The notes below the pieces were generated by a model. That model had not been told where the DNA came from. It saw only the letters and a list, made by a program, of their open reading frames with translations, and searched no databases. DNA of 46,301 nt from an uncultured Candidatus Saccharibacteria bacterium. Lineage in GTDB: Bacteria > Patescibacteriota > UBA1384 > XYA2-FULL-43-10 > CAINNR01. Shown one piece after another: positions 38,568 to 46,301 of the stretch; the first letter of the stretch is position 1, and each line of letters begins with the position of its first letter. Where the stretch lies: NCBI GenBank assembly GCA_964515615.1, contig CAZEVI010000002.1, forward strand, positions 1-46,301. The letters are read 5' to 3'. Made by a program: the position numbers and the translations under genes.

Positions 38568-39173
38568 TTATATTAATTTAGCTACCAAATAACCGACGCC
38601 AAATGGAGCTTCGTACGAAAGGATTTTCGATTTGAGCTTGCTATTTTCGCCGAACAGAAGTCCGAAAGTAAAAGCAAATGATCGCATACCGCAATCAGCA
38701 GCAAAAGGGTATTTTTTGTCTAGCCTAAGAATTTCTTCGACATTTTTCCTCATTAGTAAGTCAGAAAACTCTTTGTCAAATTTCGGTCCATCGGGATGAA
38801 AACCATATGGGCCGTCGGGGGTTAAAACGTGTGATAAATCGCCAGAAGCAATAATAGCGAATGATTTCTTTTGGTCAAGTTTTTTGGCAAATTTCTCACC
38901 TTTCAAAAAATACGAATTAACTGAATCTTCTCCACAAAGAAATTGATGAATTTTGCCAGAAAAATTTTTAGCAATAAAAAATAGCGGCACGTTAAAACCC
39001 CAGTCGCGGTGTGGCGAGCTAATGATAATCTCATCAATATTTAGTTTTGCGAAATCTTCGCCGAGTTGATTTAGAGAACGTATGGTATTTTCGATTTGTT
39101 GATGATCACTGACAGTTCCGATATCTGGCAACAAAATCGGAGCATGTGGCGAGATTACGGCAAATTTAATCAT
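38568..39173 (-). CDS. LigB/Memo-fold (class III extradiol dioxygenase-like) protein, candidate AmmeMemoRadiSam protein B
   Basis: SPHAP, SSPH, GDLSH His motifs; C-terminal CG...APFGVGY. ATG 39173 lies 1 nt after the rSAM stop (track TTG 39185 also possible). Confidence 0.65.
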   Translation of the reverse strand: MIKFAVISPHAPILLPDIGTVSDHQQIENTIRSLNQLGEDFAKLNIDEIIISSPHRDWGFNVPLFFIAKNFSGKIHQFLCGEDSVNSYFLKGEKFAKKLDQKKSFAIIASGDLSHVLTPDGPYGFHPDGPKFDKEFSDLLMRKNVEEILRLDKKYPFAADCGMRSFAFTFGLLFGENSKLKSKILSYEAPFGVGYLVAKLI

Positions 39174-39174
39174 C

Positions 39175-40191
39175 TTAACTTTCAAATATTTTTAAATTGC
39201 ATTCCGGACAATGTCCAGCTTTTGACTGTTTTACTACATTATATCCTAATCGAGAAATAACTAAAGTTTTGCATTTAGGGCAATAAGTGTTGTCAAATTT
39301 GGGGTTGAAAAGATTGCCGAGATAAACGTATTTTAAGCCCCGATCAATTGCGATTTGACGGATTTTTTCTAGTGTTGCCATCCGTGTTTCCGGCAAATGC
39401 TTTAATTTCCATGAAATTTCAGGTGAAAATGCGCTAATATGCCAAGGAGTTTCCGGCCCAAGTGTAGTGAATATAAAATCCGCCAGCTTGGCAAGCATTT
39501 CTTCATTATCAGAACGAGTCGGGATGACCAATGTTGTAACTTCCAAATGAATGCCACGTTTAGAAAATTTTGTACAATTTTTTAAAACCGGAGCAATTTT
39601 AGCGCCGCAATTTTGCTGATAGAAAACATTATCAAAAGATTTTAGATCAATATTAATAGCATCAAGATAGGGAACAATTTTAGTAATTACATCGTTTGAC
39701 ATATAGCCGTTGGAGACCCAAACATTTTTTAAACCGGCTTTTTTGGCCAATCTCATTGTATCGAGTGCAAATTCAACCCAAATTGTTGGCTCGTTGTAAG
39801 TGTAAGCAATAGACAAACAGTTTTCGTTTTTTGCCCGACTTACAATCTCCGCCGGTAAAAGCGACAATCCAAAATCAACTGATTTTTGATCTGCTCCAGA
39901 AATCTGGGAGATATTGTAGTTTTGACAATTTTGGCAATGGAAATTACAACCCAAAGTTCCAACAGAAAACGCTACGCTTCCGGGGAGAAAATGATAAAAA
40001 GGTTTTTTTTCGATTGGGTCCACATTGGCGGCAACAACTTTTCCATATGTAAGCAATTGCAATTGACCATCAATGTTTTGTCTGACTCCGCAGATTCCAA
40101 TTTTGCCGACGATAATTTTGCAAAAATGATTGCACGCCTGGCACTGAACTTTTTTATTATCCAATTTTTTATAAAAAGCCGTTTTTTTCAC
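39175..40191 (-). CDS. Radical SAM enzyme, AmmeMemoRadiSam-type
   Basis: CNFHCQNC (CxxxCxxC); N-terminal CQACNHFC...C; C-terminal CPKC...CPEC. GTG 40191 has SD AAGGAGA (40198-40204), preferred over track start 40239. Confidence 0.85.
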   Translation of the reverse strand: MKKTAFYKKLDNKKVQCQACNHFCKIIVGKIGICGVRQNIDGQLQLLTYGKVVAANVDPIEKKPFYHFLPGSVAFSVGTLGCNFHCQNCQNYNISQISGADQKSVDFGLSLLPAEIVSRAKNENCLSIAYTYNEPTIWVEFALDTMRLAKKAGLKNVWVSNGYMSNDVITKIVPYLDAINIDLKSFDNVFYQQNCGAKIAPVLKNCTKFSKRGIHLEVTTLVIPTRSDNEEMLAKLADFIFTTLGPETPWHISAFSPEISWKLKHLPETRMATLEKIRQIAIDRGLKYVYLGNLFNPKFDNTYCPKCKTLVISRLGYNVVKQSKAGHCPECNLKIFES

Positions 40192-40210
40192 TTGTCGTCT
40201 CCTTGCAATC

Positions 40211-40239
40211 ATAATATAACTAAAATCGAATTCAATCAA
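40211..40239 (-). promoter_or_regulatory. Possible promoter of the rSAM operon (TTGATT-N17-TATTAT)
   Basis: Plus-strand AATCAA 40234-40239 and ATAATA 40211-40216; AT-rich context. Confidence 0.3.
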
Positions 40240-40318
40240 TCAATGTTAGAAAAGTGGAATCGACATTATCGAAAAGCTAATAATGTAGTACTGTAAAAGA
40301 TATTTTTGGCAAAAAGTG

Positions 40319-40347
40319 TTGACTATTTATTTTTTTTATGCTAGAAT
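40319..40347 (+). promoter_or_regulatory. Sigma70-like promoter for infA (TTGACT-N17-TAGAAT, TGn extended)
   Basis: TTGACT 40319-40324, TG 40339-40340, TAGAAT 40342-40347; 8 nt before ATG 40356. Confidence 0.5.
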
Positions 40348-40355
40348 TAAAGTCA

Positions 40356-40589
40356 ATGGTAGAACATGAAGTTATAAACGTTGAAGGCACGGTTGAAGAG
40401 TCTTTGCCAAATTCAACCTTTATTGTTAAATTAACGTCGGGACAGACAATTATTGCTTATCTCTCGGGTAGAATGAAGAAGAATTCGATTAAAGTTACCA
40501 CCGGAGATAAAGTTCAAGTTGAACTCACCCCATACGATTTAACCAAAGGCAGAATTACAGTCAGAGAAAATCCTTCCCGTCGGCAATAG
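40356..40589 (+). CDS. infA: Translation initiation factor IF-1
   Basis: [21 protein letters not shown]...[32 protein letters not shown] 40356 chosen because track ATG 40338 lies upstream of the -10 box. Confidence 0.9.
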   Translation: MVEHEVINVEGTVEESLPNSTFIVKLTSGQTIIAYLSGRMKKNSIKVTTGDKVQVELTPYDLTKGRITVRENPSRRQ

Positions 40590-40649
40590 TAAAAAGGATA
40601 TTTTCTGTTTTTTTGTTTGCTTTGTTTTTATTGGCATTAAATTTGTTTT

Positions 40650-40796
40650 ATGAAAGTTAGACCGTCAGTCAAAAAAATTTGCAGTCGATGCAAAATTGTC
40701 ATTCGAAAAAAGAAAAACAGTTCGACATCTGCCACTCTGCATCGAACAATTTTTTGTATCTGCTCCAACCCTAAACATAAACAACGACAAGGATAA
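40650..40796 (+). CDS. rpmJ: 50S ribosomal protein L36 (48 aa, with internal insertion)
   Basis: [17 protein letters not shown]...[11 protein letters not shown] translated by hand; below the ORF-track length cutoff. Confidence 0.9.
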   Translation: MKVRPSVKKICSRCKIVIRKKKNSSTSATLHRTIFCICSNPKHKQRQG

Positions 40797-40798
40797 TT

Positions 40799-41185
40799 AT
40801 GGTTAGAATTTCTGGGATTGACATTCCAAATGACAAACGAATTGAAATCGCTCTAACCTATGTTTTTGGTATTGGCTTAACTTCCAGCAAAAAAATTCTC
40901 TCGGCGACAAAAATTGATCCAAACATTCGCGCCAATAAACTTTCTGCCGATGATCTGGAAAAAATCCGCCAAATTATCAACAAAGATTATCAAATTGAGG
41001 GCGACTTAAAAACCGTTGTCTCACAAAATATCAAACGGCTGAAAGAGATCGGAACTTATCGAGGCACGCGACATTCGCGCGGTTTACCGGTTCGTGGTCA
41101 ACAAACCCAAACCAATGCCCGCACAAAACGCGGCAAAAAAGTAACTGTCGGTTCTGGTCGTAAAAAAGCTGCTGAAAAAACATAA
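40799..41185 (+). CDS. rpsM: 30S ribosomal protein S13
   Basis: MVRISGIDIPNDKR, YRGTRHSRGLPVRGQ. Confidence 0.96.
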   Translation: MVRISGIDIPNDKRIEIALTYVFGIGLTSSKKILSATKIDPNIRANKLSADDLEKIRQIINKDYQIEGDLKTVVSQNIKRLKEIGTYRGTRHSRGLPVRGQQTQTNARTKRGKKVTVGSGRKKAAEKT

Positions 41186-41217
41186 TATTGATATTAATTT
41201 TTAACGATTTTATATAA

Positions 41218-41613
41218 ATGGTGAGCAAAACAAACAAAACAAGCAAAAAGAAAAAAAAATTACAACCGGTAGTCAGCGGTAATGTTTATATTCAATCATC
41301 TTTCAATAACACCATTGTAACCGTTACCGACGAAAAGGGTGGAGTTATTGCATGGGCATCAGCCGGTTCAATTGGTTTTAAAGGATCGAAAAAATCGACC
41401 CCTTACGCCGCTTCTTTGGCAGCATCGGCCGCAATTGAAAAAGCCAAACTTCGAGGTTTGCGAAAATCAAGCATTTATATTTCCGGTGTCGGTTCCGGTC
41501 GCGATTCAGCAATTCGGGCATTTCATTCGGCGAATATTGATGTTGACAAAATTGTCGATGTAACCCCAATGGCCCACAACGGCTGCCGGCGTAAAAAAAC
41601 CCGTCGTGTCTAA
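41218..41613 (+). CDS. rpsK: 30S ribosomal protein S11
   Basis: NNTIVTVTDEKGGVIAWASAG, TPMAHNGCRRKKTRRV. Confidence 0.96.
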   Translation: MVSKTNKTSKKKKKLQPVVSGNVYIQSSFNNTIVTVTDEKGGVIAWASAGSIGFKGSKKSTPYAASLAASAAIEKAKLRGLRKSSIYISGVGSGRDSAIRAFHSANIDVDKIVDVTPMAHNGCRRKKTRRV

Positions 41614-41707
41614 TTCCAGAAATTTTGTTAACGAAAAACCCTGTTAAAATAAGTACATAATTACAGTTTTTCATCACTAACCACTAAAAATAAATATTGA
41701 GAACAAT

Positions 41708-42301
41708 ATGAATCATGGATGTCGAAAATGTAGAAGAGAGGGAGTCAAACTTTTCCTAAAAGGTGATAAGTGTTTTTCGCCGAAGTGTCCGGTATCAACT
41801 CGTCCTTTCCCACCCGGCCAACATGGCCCAAATTTTTTTAGTAAACTTTCAGAATTCGGCAAACAACTTCGGGAAAAACAGAAAGTCAAAAAAGTTTATG
41901 GCATCAATGAAACTCAACTGAAAAATTATTATGACAAAGCTTCGAAAAAAATCGGTGATACTAGCGAAAACCTAGTTCAATTGCTTGAAAGCCGTCTTGA
42001 TTCGATTATCTATCGTTTAGCAATTGCCCCTTCGCGATCGACTGTTCGTCAAATGGTCAGCCACCGTTATTTTCGAGTCGGCAAACGAATCGTCAATATC
42101 GCTTCGCACGTTATTACACCAAAAGACGAAATTAGCCTCAATGATAAAAAAAAGGTTTCCTTAAACAACAAAACCAACCTGCCGTCATGGATTTCTGTCG
42201 ACGCCAAAACTTCAATTATTAAACTGAAAAATCTTCCCAATAAAGATGAAATCGACTTGCCATTTGATATTAATTTAGTTATAGAATATTATTCACGATA
42301 A
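41708..42301 (+). CDS. rpsD: 30S ribosomal protein S4 (N-terminal Cys cluster)
   Basis: CRKCRREG...CFSPKC, PPGQHG, S4 RNA-binding domain. Confidence 0.95.
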   Translation: MNHGCRKCRREGVKLFLKGDKCFSPKCPVSTRPFPPGQHGPNFFSKLSEFGKQLREKQKVKKVYGINETQLKNYYDKASKKIGDTSENLVQLLESRLDSIIYRLAIAPSRSTVRQMVSHRYFRVGKRIVNIASHVITPKDEISLNDKKKVSLNNKTNLPSWISVDAKTSIIKLKNLPNKDEIDLPFDINLVIEYYSR

Positions 42302-42354
42302 ATATACGCCGGTATTTTTACTCTGTAAATTCCGGCCGAAATAAAGGAGAGAAT

Positions 42355-43299
42355 ATGATTCCTGAAAATGAGATTCCAAAAATTTTAGAAAAGCCGGTTA
42401 ATGAAAATCAATCAATTTTCGTTATCGAGCCTCTTTTGCCTGGTTACGGAGTTACTATGGGAAATGCTTTGCGGCGAGTTCTTTTGTCTTCACTTCCAGG
42501 TACAGCAATTAGCTCAATCAAAATTGACGGTGCTGCCCATGAATTTTCAGCAATTCCTCATGTCAAGGAAGATATGATTGAAATTATTATGAATTTGCGA
42601 AAGATTAATTTCAAATCATATTCCGATGAACCAATTACTGCCAACTTGACTGCCAAAGGACCAAAAGTTATAACTGCTGCTGATTTTAAGCTGCCATCCG
42701 ACGTTGAAGTATTAAACCCAGATCAATATGTTGCCACTTTGGATAAAAGTGCCAATTTTGATTTGGAAGTTGTTCTCGAACAAGGTCGCGGTTTTCGGCC
42801 AACCGAAGATCGGAAAATTGACAAAAGCGATATTGGCCGAATTTCAATCGACAGTGTTTTTTCTCCAGTTAAACTAATCAATTTCAAAGTTGAGAATACT
42901 CGAGTTGGTCAAATGACCAACTTCGATAAAATTGAACTCGACATTACAACCAATGGTTCAATTTCCCCGCGTGATGCTTTAACAGTTGCCAGTAAAATTT
43001 TAGTTCATCATTTCAATTATATTGCCGAAGGCAAACCTTACACCGGCGAAGAAAAAGCAGTAATTGATGAAGCGCTAAATGAATCCGAAGTAAACGTTGT
43101 TGGGTCTTCAATCGACGACATTGATCCAAAAACCAAAGTTAATGGTTTGAATTTGTCAATTCGAACAATCAATGCTCTGGTTAACTCCGGAATTAAGACC
43201 GTTGCCGGCCTAAAAAGATTGTCTGATTTAAAATTGTCAGAAGTCAAAGGTTTGGGCAAAAAAGGATTTGATGAAATTCGCGAACTTTTAGGAAGATAA
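42355..43299 (+). CDS. rpoA: DNA-directed RNA polymerase subunit alpha
   Basis: GNALRRVLLSSLPG; C-terminal domain LSIRTINAL...GLGKKGFDEI. Confidence 0.96.
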   Translation: MIPENEIPKILEKPVNENQSIFVIEPLLPGYGVTMGNALRRVLLSSLPGTAISSIKIDGAAHEFSAIPHVKEDMIEIIMNLRKINFKSYSDEPITANLTAKGPKVITAADFKLPSDVEVLNPDQYVATLDKSANFDLEVVLEQGRGFRPTEDRKIDKSDIGRISIDSVFSPVKLINFKVENTRVGQMTNFDKIELDITTNGSISPRDALTVASKILVHHFNYIAEGKPYTGEEKAVIDEALNESEVNVVGSSIDDIDPKTKVNGLNLSIRTINALVNSGIKTVAGLKRLSDLKLSEVKGLGKKGFDEIRELLGR

Positions 43300-43302
43300 A
43301 TT

Positions 43303-43830
43303 ATGTCCAGAAAATTGGGAAGAAAAATTGGTCACCGAAAATCACTAATGCGCAATTTAACTGCGTCGCTAGTTTTGTATGAAAAAGTAGAAACTACCGA
43401 AGCCAAGGCAAAAGAATTAAAATCGGCAGCCGAAATAATCATTGGCATCGGGAAAAAACAAGATTTGTCATCCTATCGAAAACTTCTTGCCTATTTCTAC
43501 GACAAAAACGCTGCTAAAAAAACCTTTAATGAACTTTCAAAAAGATATATCGATCGCCAATCGGGATTTGTAAAGAGTTATCACATCGGCTATCGATTAG
43601 GGGATAATTCGAAAATGATTCGTTTGGAATTAGTGGATCGAAAAGTCTTTGTTGCCCAAAAAGAAGATAAAGTTATAAAACCGGTTAAAGAAAAAATGGA
43701 AAAACTAAAAGTTGACAAAAAAGTATTGAAAGCTGAAAAGAAATTGGAAAAACTTTCAGCGACTATTCAAAAGGGCGGAGTTATTACATCTGTCCGTTCA
43801 AAATCAACTAGAAAAACCGGAGAGAAATAA
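43303..43830 (+). CDS. rplQ: 50S ribosomal protein L17 (Lys-rich extension)
   Basis: LGRKIGHRKSLMRNL, ETTEAKAKEL. Confidence 0.94.
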   Translation: MSRKLGRKIGHRKSLMRNLTASLVLYEKVETTEAKAKELKSAAEIIIGIGKKQDLSSYRKLLAYFYDKNAAKKTFNELSKRYIDRQSGFVKSYHIGYRLGDNSKMIRLELVDRKVFVAQKEDKVIKPVKEKMEKLKVDKKVLKAEKKLEKLSATIQKGGVITSVRSKSTRKTGEK

Positions 43831-44240
43831 TGAATTCCAACACAAAAAAATATTATCTAATAGATGCCAGCAAAAAACCTCTTGGACGAATTGCCACTCA
43901 AGCGGCAGTTTTGTTAACCGGAAAGAACGATCCTAACTATGCGCCGAATGTCATTGCCAATCAGATTGTTGTCGTTATCAACAGTGATAAACTTTATTTA
44001 ACCGGTAATAAAGAACTTTCCAAAAGATATTATCGGCACTCCGGATATCCGGGTGGAATTAAAGAAACTCAGTTTGCCGATCTGAAAAAAACCGATTCAA
44101 CAGAAATAATTAAAAAAGCCGTTCGCGGAATGATCCCCGCCAATCGTTTGCAAAGTGAGGTTTTGAAACATCTATCAATCTTTAAAGGTGGAAAACACTC
44201 ATTTGATAAAGTTAAATTTGAAGAGGAAAATAATGGCTAA
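43830..44240 (+). CDS. rplM: 50S ribosomal protein L13
   Basis: YLIDASKKPLGRIATQAA, YYRHSGYPGG. Confidence 0.95.
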   Translation: MNSNTKKYYLIDASKKPLGRIATQAAVLLTGKNDPNYAPNVIANQIVVVINSDKLYLTGNKELSKRYYRHSGYPGGIKETQFADLKKTDSTEIIKKAVRGMIPANRLQSEVLKHLSIFKGGKHSFDKVKFEEENNG

Positions 44241-44610
44241 TAAATCCCAATATTATTATGGCACCGGTCGACGGAAAACTGCCTCTGCCCGAGTTCGAAT
44301 TTTTGCCGGAAACGGTAAATCAACTATTAACGACAAAGATGTAATTTTGCCGGAAACGGTTACCGAGCCATTAAAAATGGTTGGTAAACTCGAGTCAATG
44401 GATATCTCAGTCAAAGTCAAAGGCGGTGGCAAAAACGGTCAATTTGAAGCAATCCGCCACGGGATTTCCAGAGCGTTAGTCGAGATGAACTCAGATTTTC
44501 GTCCAACTCTGAAAAAAGCTGGATTTCTTACTCGAGATTCACGAGAAGTTGAGCGAAAAAAACCGGGACTGAAAAAAGCTCGTCGGGCGCCACAATGGAG
44601 CAAGCGTTAG
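44233..44610 (+). CDS. rpsI: 30S ribosomal protein S9
   Basis: YYYGTGRRKTASARV, C-terminal KKARRAPQWSKR. ATG 44233 chosen because track start 44188 would overlap rplM. Confidence 0.95.
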   Translation: MANKSQYYYGTGRRKTASARVRIFAGNGKSTINDKDVILPETVTEPLKMVGKLESMDISVKVKGGGKNGQFEAIRHGISRALVEMNSDFRPTLKKAGFLTRDSREVERKKPGLKKARRAPQWSKR

Positions 44611-44665
44611 TGTTGGTATGATAATATATGAAATAGTATGATAATGTCATAATTCGTCTCAATTT

Positions 44666-44980
44666 ATGTCAAAACGCATTGACAAAATTAATGAACTGAT
44701 AAAACAAGAGCTTTCCAAAGCTTTTGTTTTTGATTTTCCCGGTGAGATTATTACTGTAAATTTTATTCATACCAATAGTGATCTATCTCTCTCTAAAATT
44801 TATCTTTCGGTTACATCTGAACATCAATCAGTCTATAATAACTTACAAAAAAAATCCGGTGAGTATCGAAAATTTCTAGCGTCAGAACTAACTCTACGCA
44901 AAATGCCAAAAATTAAAATAATTAAAGACGAAATGAAATCGCAAATTGAACATATTGAAAATATTATTGAAAAGTTTTGA
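44666..44980 (+). CDS. rbfA: Ribosome-binding factor A
   Basis: RIDKINELIKQELS N-terminus, about 100 aa, TGA stop. Confidence 0.85.
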   Translation: MSKRIDKINELIKQELSKAFVFDFPGEIITVNFIHTNSDLSLSKIYLSVTSEHQSVYNNLQKKSGEYRKFLASELTLRKMPKIKIIKDEMKSQIEHIENIIEKF

Positions 44981-45052
44981 ACGATAAGTTTTTAGCTTAT
45001 TTTTTAAGGACAATTTCAATTTATCTAAGAAACTAATTTTTGAAAAACATTT

Positions 45053-45076
45053 AAAAAACCACCAACTATGGTGGTT
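45053..45076 (-). terminator. Rho-independent terminator of the histidine phosphatase (pseudo)gene
   Basis: AACCACC-AACTAT-GGTGGTT (45057-45076) with a minus-strand T-run. Confidence 0.65.
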
Positions 45077-45095
45077 TATGTGTAAATATTCGAAA

Positions 45096-45890
45096 TCAAA
45101 TTTCTTTCTCAACAATCTCCAATAATTCTTCTGAGCTGTAACGTTTTCTTTCGATAGCTTCCCATAAGCAATTGCAAGAATGGCCAAGATCCCAAGGAAC
45201 AATTGATCTAACATAGCGCAAGTAATCGCATTGTTCACCATTTTGCGGATCAACTTTTGACAGATGAATTATCTGGCAATTAACTGGATTTAGCAGATAA
45301 CCCCACTTTTCTTGATTGTCCTTCCAATCATGAAATGTTCCCAAGTCATTAAACATTCGAATAATTGATTCGACAATTTCCCCATGGCAAACGACAATTA
45401 CATTTTTGTCATTTGATCGAATTATTGGATCATACATCTCGCGAATTCGAAGCATCGCATCATAAATTGATTCGCCATCTGGGGGCGCCCAAACCAATCA
45501 ACTGGCAGCTTTTGCTTTATTCATTTCATCAGTTCTTGACAAATATTCCGTCAATAAAGGAACACAATTCCAAGTTCCCCAATCACGTTCGCGAACTTGA
45601 AAAAATATTCGCCAAAAATTTTCTAAGGCATAAGGCAAGGACAGCGCTACCGCATGAATTGCCTGCAGATAAAGAGAACAATATCCGAAATCGAATTCAA
45701 TTCCCAATGATGATAATGTAAGACTAACAGATTGCGCTTACGAAATGCCGAGTTCAGTTAACTCCATCTTCCAGTTTGGGATCCCGTAATATTTTTTTGG
45801 AACGTCATTACCATTGCGATATTGATGCAAAATCCAATTCATCAAACTTTCGCCATGTCGAACCAATACCAAATTTCTCAGTTCACTCAC
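45096..45890 (-). pseudogene. Histidine phosphatase (phosphoglycerate mutase-like) family gene with two in-frame stops
   Basis: One reading frame from GTG 45890: LVLVRHGES...LTELGIS[TAA 45738-45740]AQ...AAS[TGA 45498-45500]LVWAPPDGES...VVCHGEI. The TAA sits at the Gln of the conserved G-x-x-Q-A. Confidence 0.75.
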
Positions 45891-46114
45891 TTTTATCACC
45901 CCTTTTAATATCTCATTCTTTTAGAATATACTGCAAATTTACACAACAGTCAACGATCTTCAACCCTTTTTTGCCACTATTTGCGAATTGTTTTTGGAGA
46001 TCAAAAATGATAAGCTTAATTTATAAACTTTCACGGTACAAATAGAGGTTTTTGCCGCAAATCAATATTCCTGTTCATTTGAAAAAATAATAATTGATTA
46101 TGAAAAACACTTTT

Positions 46115-46143
46115 TTGACATCAAGCTTGCAAAGTTATAAATT
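46115..46143 (+). promoter_or_regulatory. Sigma70-like promoter facing the right window edge (TTGACA-N17-TAAATT)
   Basis: TTGACA 46115-46120, TAAATT 46138-46143; no ORF follows within the window. Confidence 0.3.
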
Positions 46144-46301
46144 AAAGGTGATCACTAATATTAAAAAACATTTAAATAATTATAAATTTTAATATCTCTA
46201 ATATTTTAATCCTCTTAGGTTTTTTGACTGCGCAATATTTGCTTGTTTACTTTAAAATTATCCTTTTTAATAGAAAAAATATTAAAGAGACAATTATTGC
46301 A

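Noticed and set aside
44188-44232. Long N-terminal extension of rpsI (track start 44188)
   Set aside because: It overlaps the rplM 3' end. ATG 44233 gives the canonical S9 N-terminus (MANKSQYYYGTGRRK).
1-46301. Genome-wide stop-codon reassignment (UGA=Gly code 25 or UGA=Trp code 4) as the explanation for the in-frame TGAs
   Set aside because: rpoB, rpoC, fusA, tuf, secY and all ribosomal protein genes have no internal TGA. TGA works as a sensible stop for cdaA, cdaR, rpsQ and rbfA. The other disrupted genes carry in-frame TAA and TAG as well, so no single reassignment fits.
46144-46301. Gene or RNA downstream of the 46115 promoter
   Set aside because: No start codon with an SD, no recognisable RNA motif, and the window ends. 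There is too little sequence to make a call.

Overview
AT-rich, gene-dense bacterial window dominated by core translation and transcription loci, all on the + strand. In order: infB; cdaA-cdaR (c-di-AMP synthase module) plus a LysM-CHAP wall hydrolase; obg; rpoB-rpoC; rpsL-rpsG; fusA; tuf; rpsJ through rplO (S10/spc); secY-adk-map; infA-rpmJ-rpsM-rpsK-rpsD-rpoA-rplQ; rplM-rpsI; rbfA. rpmD (L30) is absent between rpsE and rplO. Together with the compact AT-rich architecture, this suggests a Candidate Phyla Radiation/Patescibacteria-type genome (inference). I saw no rRNA, tRNA or CRISPR array. The conserved gene string is broken by five accessory insertions. (i) A degenerate RAYT/IS200-like transposase with REP-like hairpin repeats at the left edge. 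(ii) An orphan minus-strand gene between the CHAP gene and obg. (iii) A 1.7-kb island between rpsG and fusA, bounded by a 33-bp duplication of the rpsG 3' end and a 38-bp palindromic terminator; it carries a two-module gene interrupted by an in-frame TGA and a -1 frameshift. (iv) A 5.8-kb island between map and infA, holding several orphan single-gene units (including a 60-aa Cys-rich peptide gene with strong SD and terminator), a TGA-interrupted msrB, and a four-gene AmmeMemoRadiSam-type operon (radical SAM, LigB/Memo-fold, unknown 181 aa, AMMECR1). (v) A histidine-phosphatase gene with two in-frame stops at the right edge. The best candidate for an undescribed system is the AmmeMemoRadiSam-type operon with its extra gene and the neighbouring small peptide genes. 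All product calls come from motif recognition by eye; no database search or folding computation was run.
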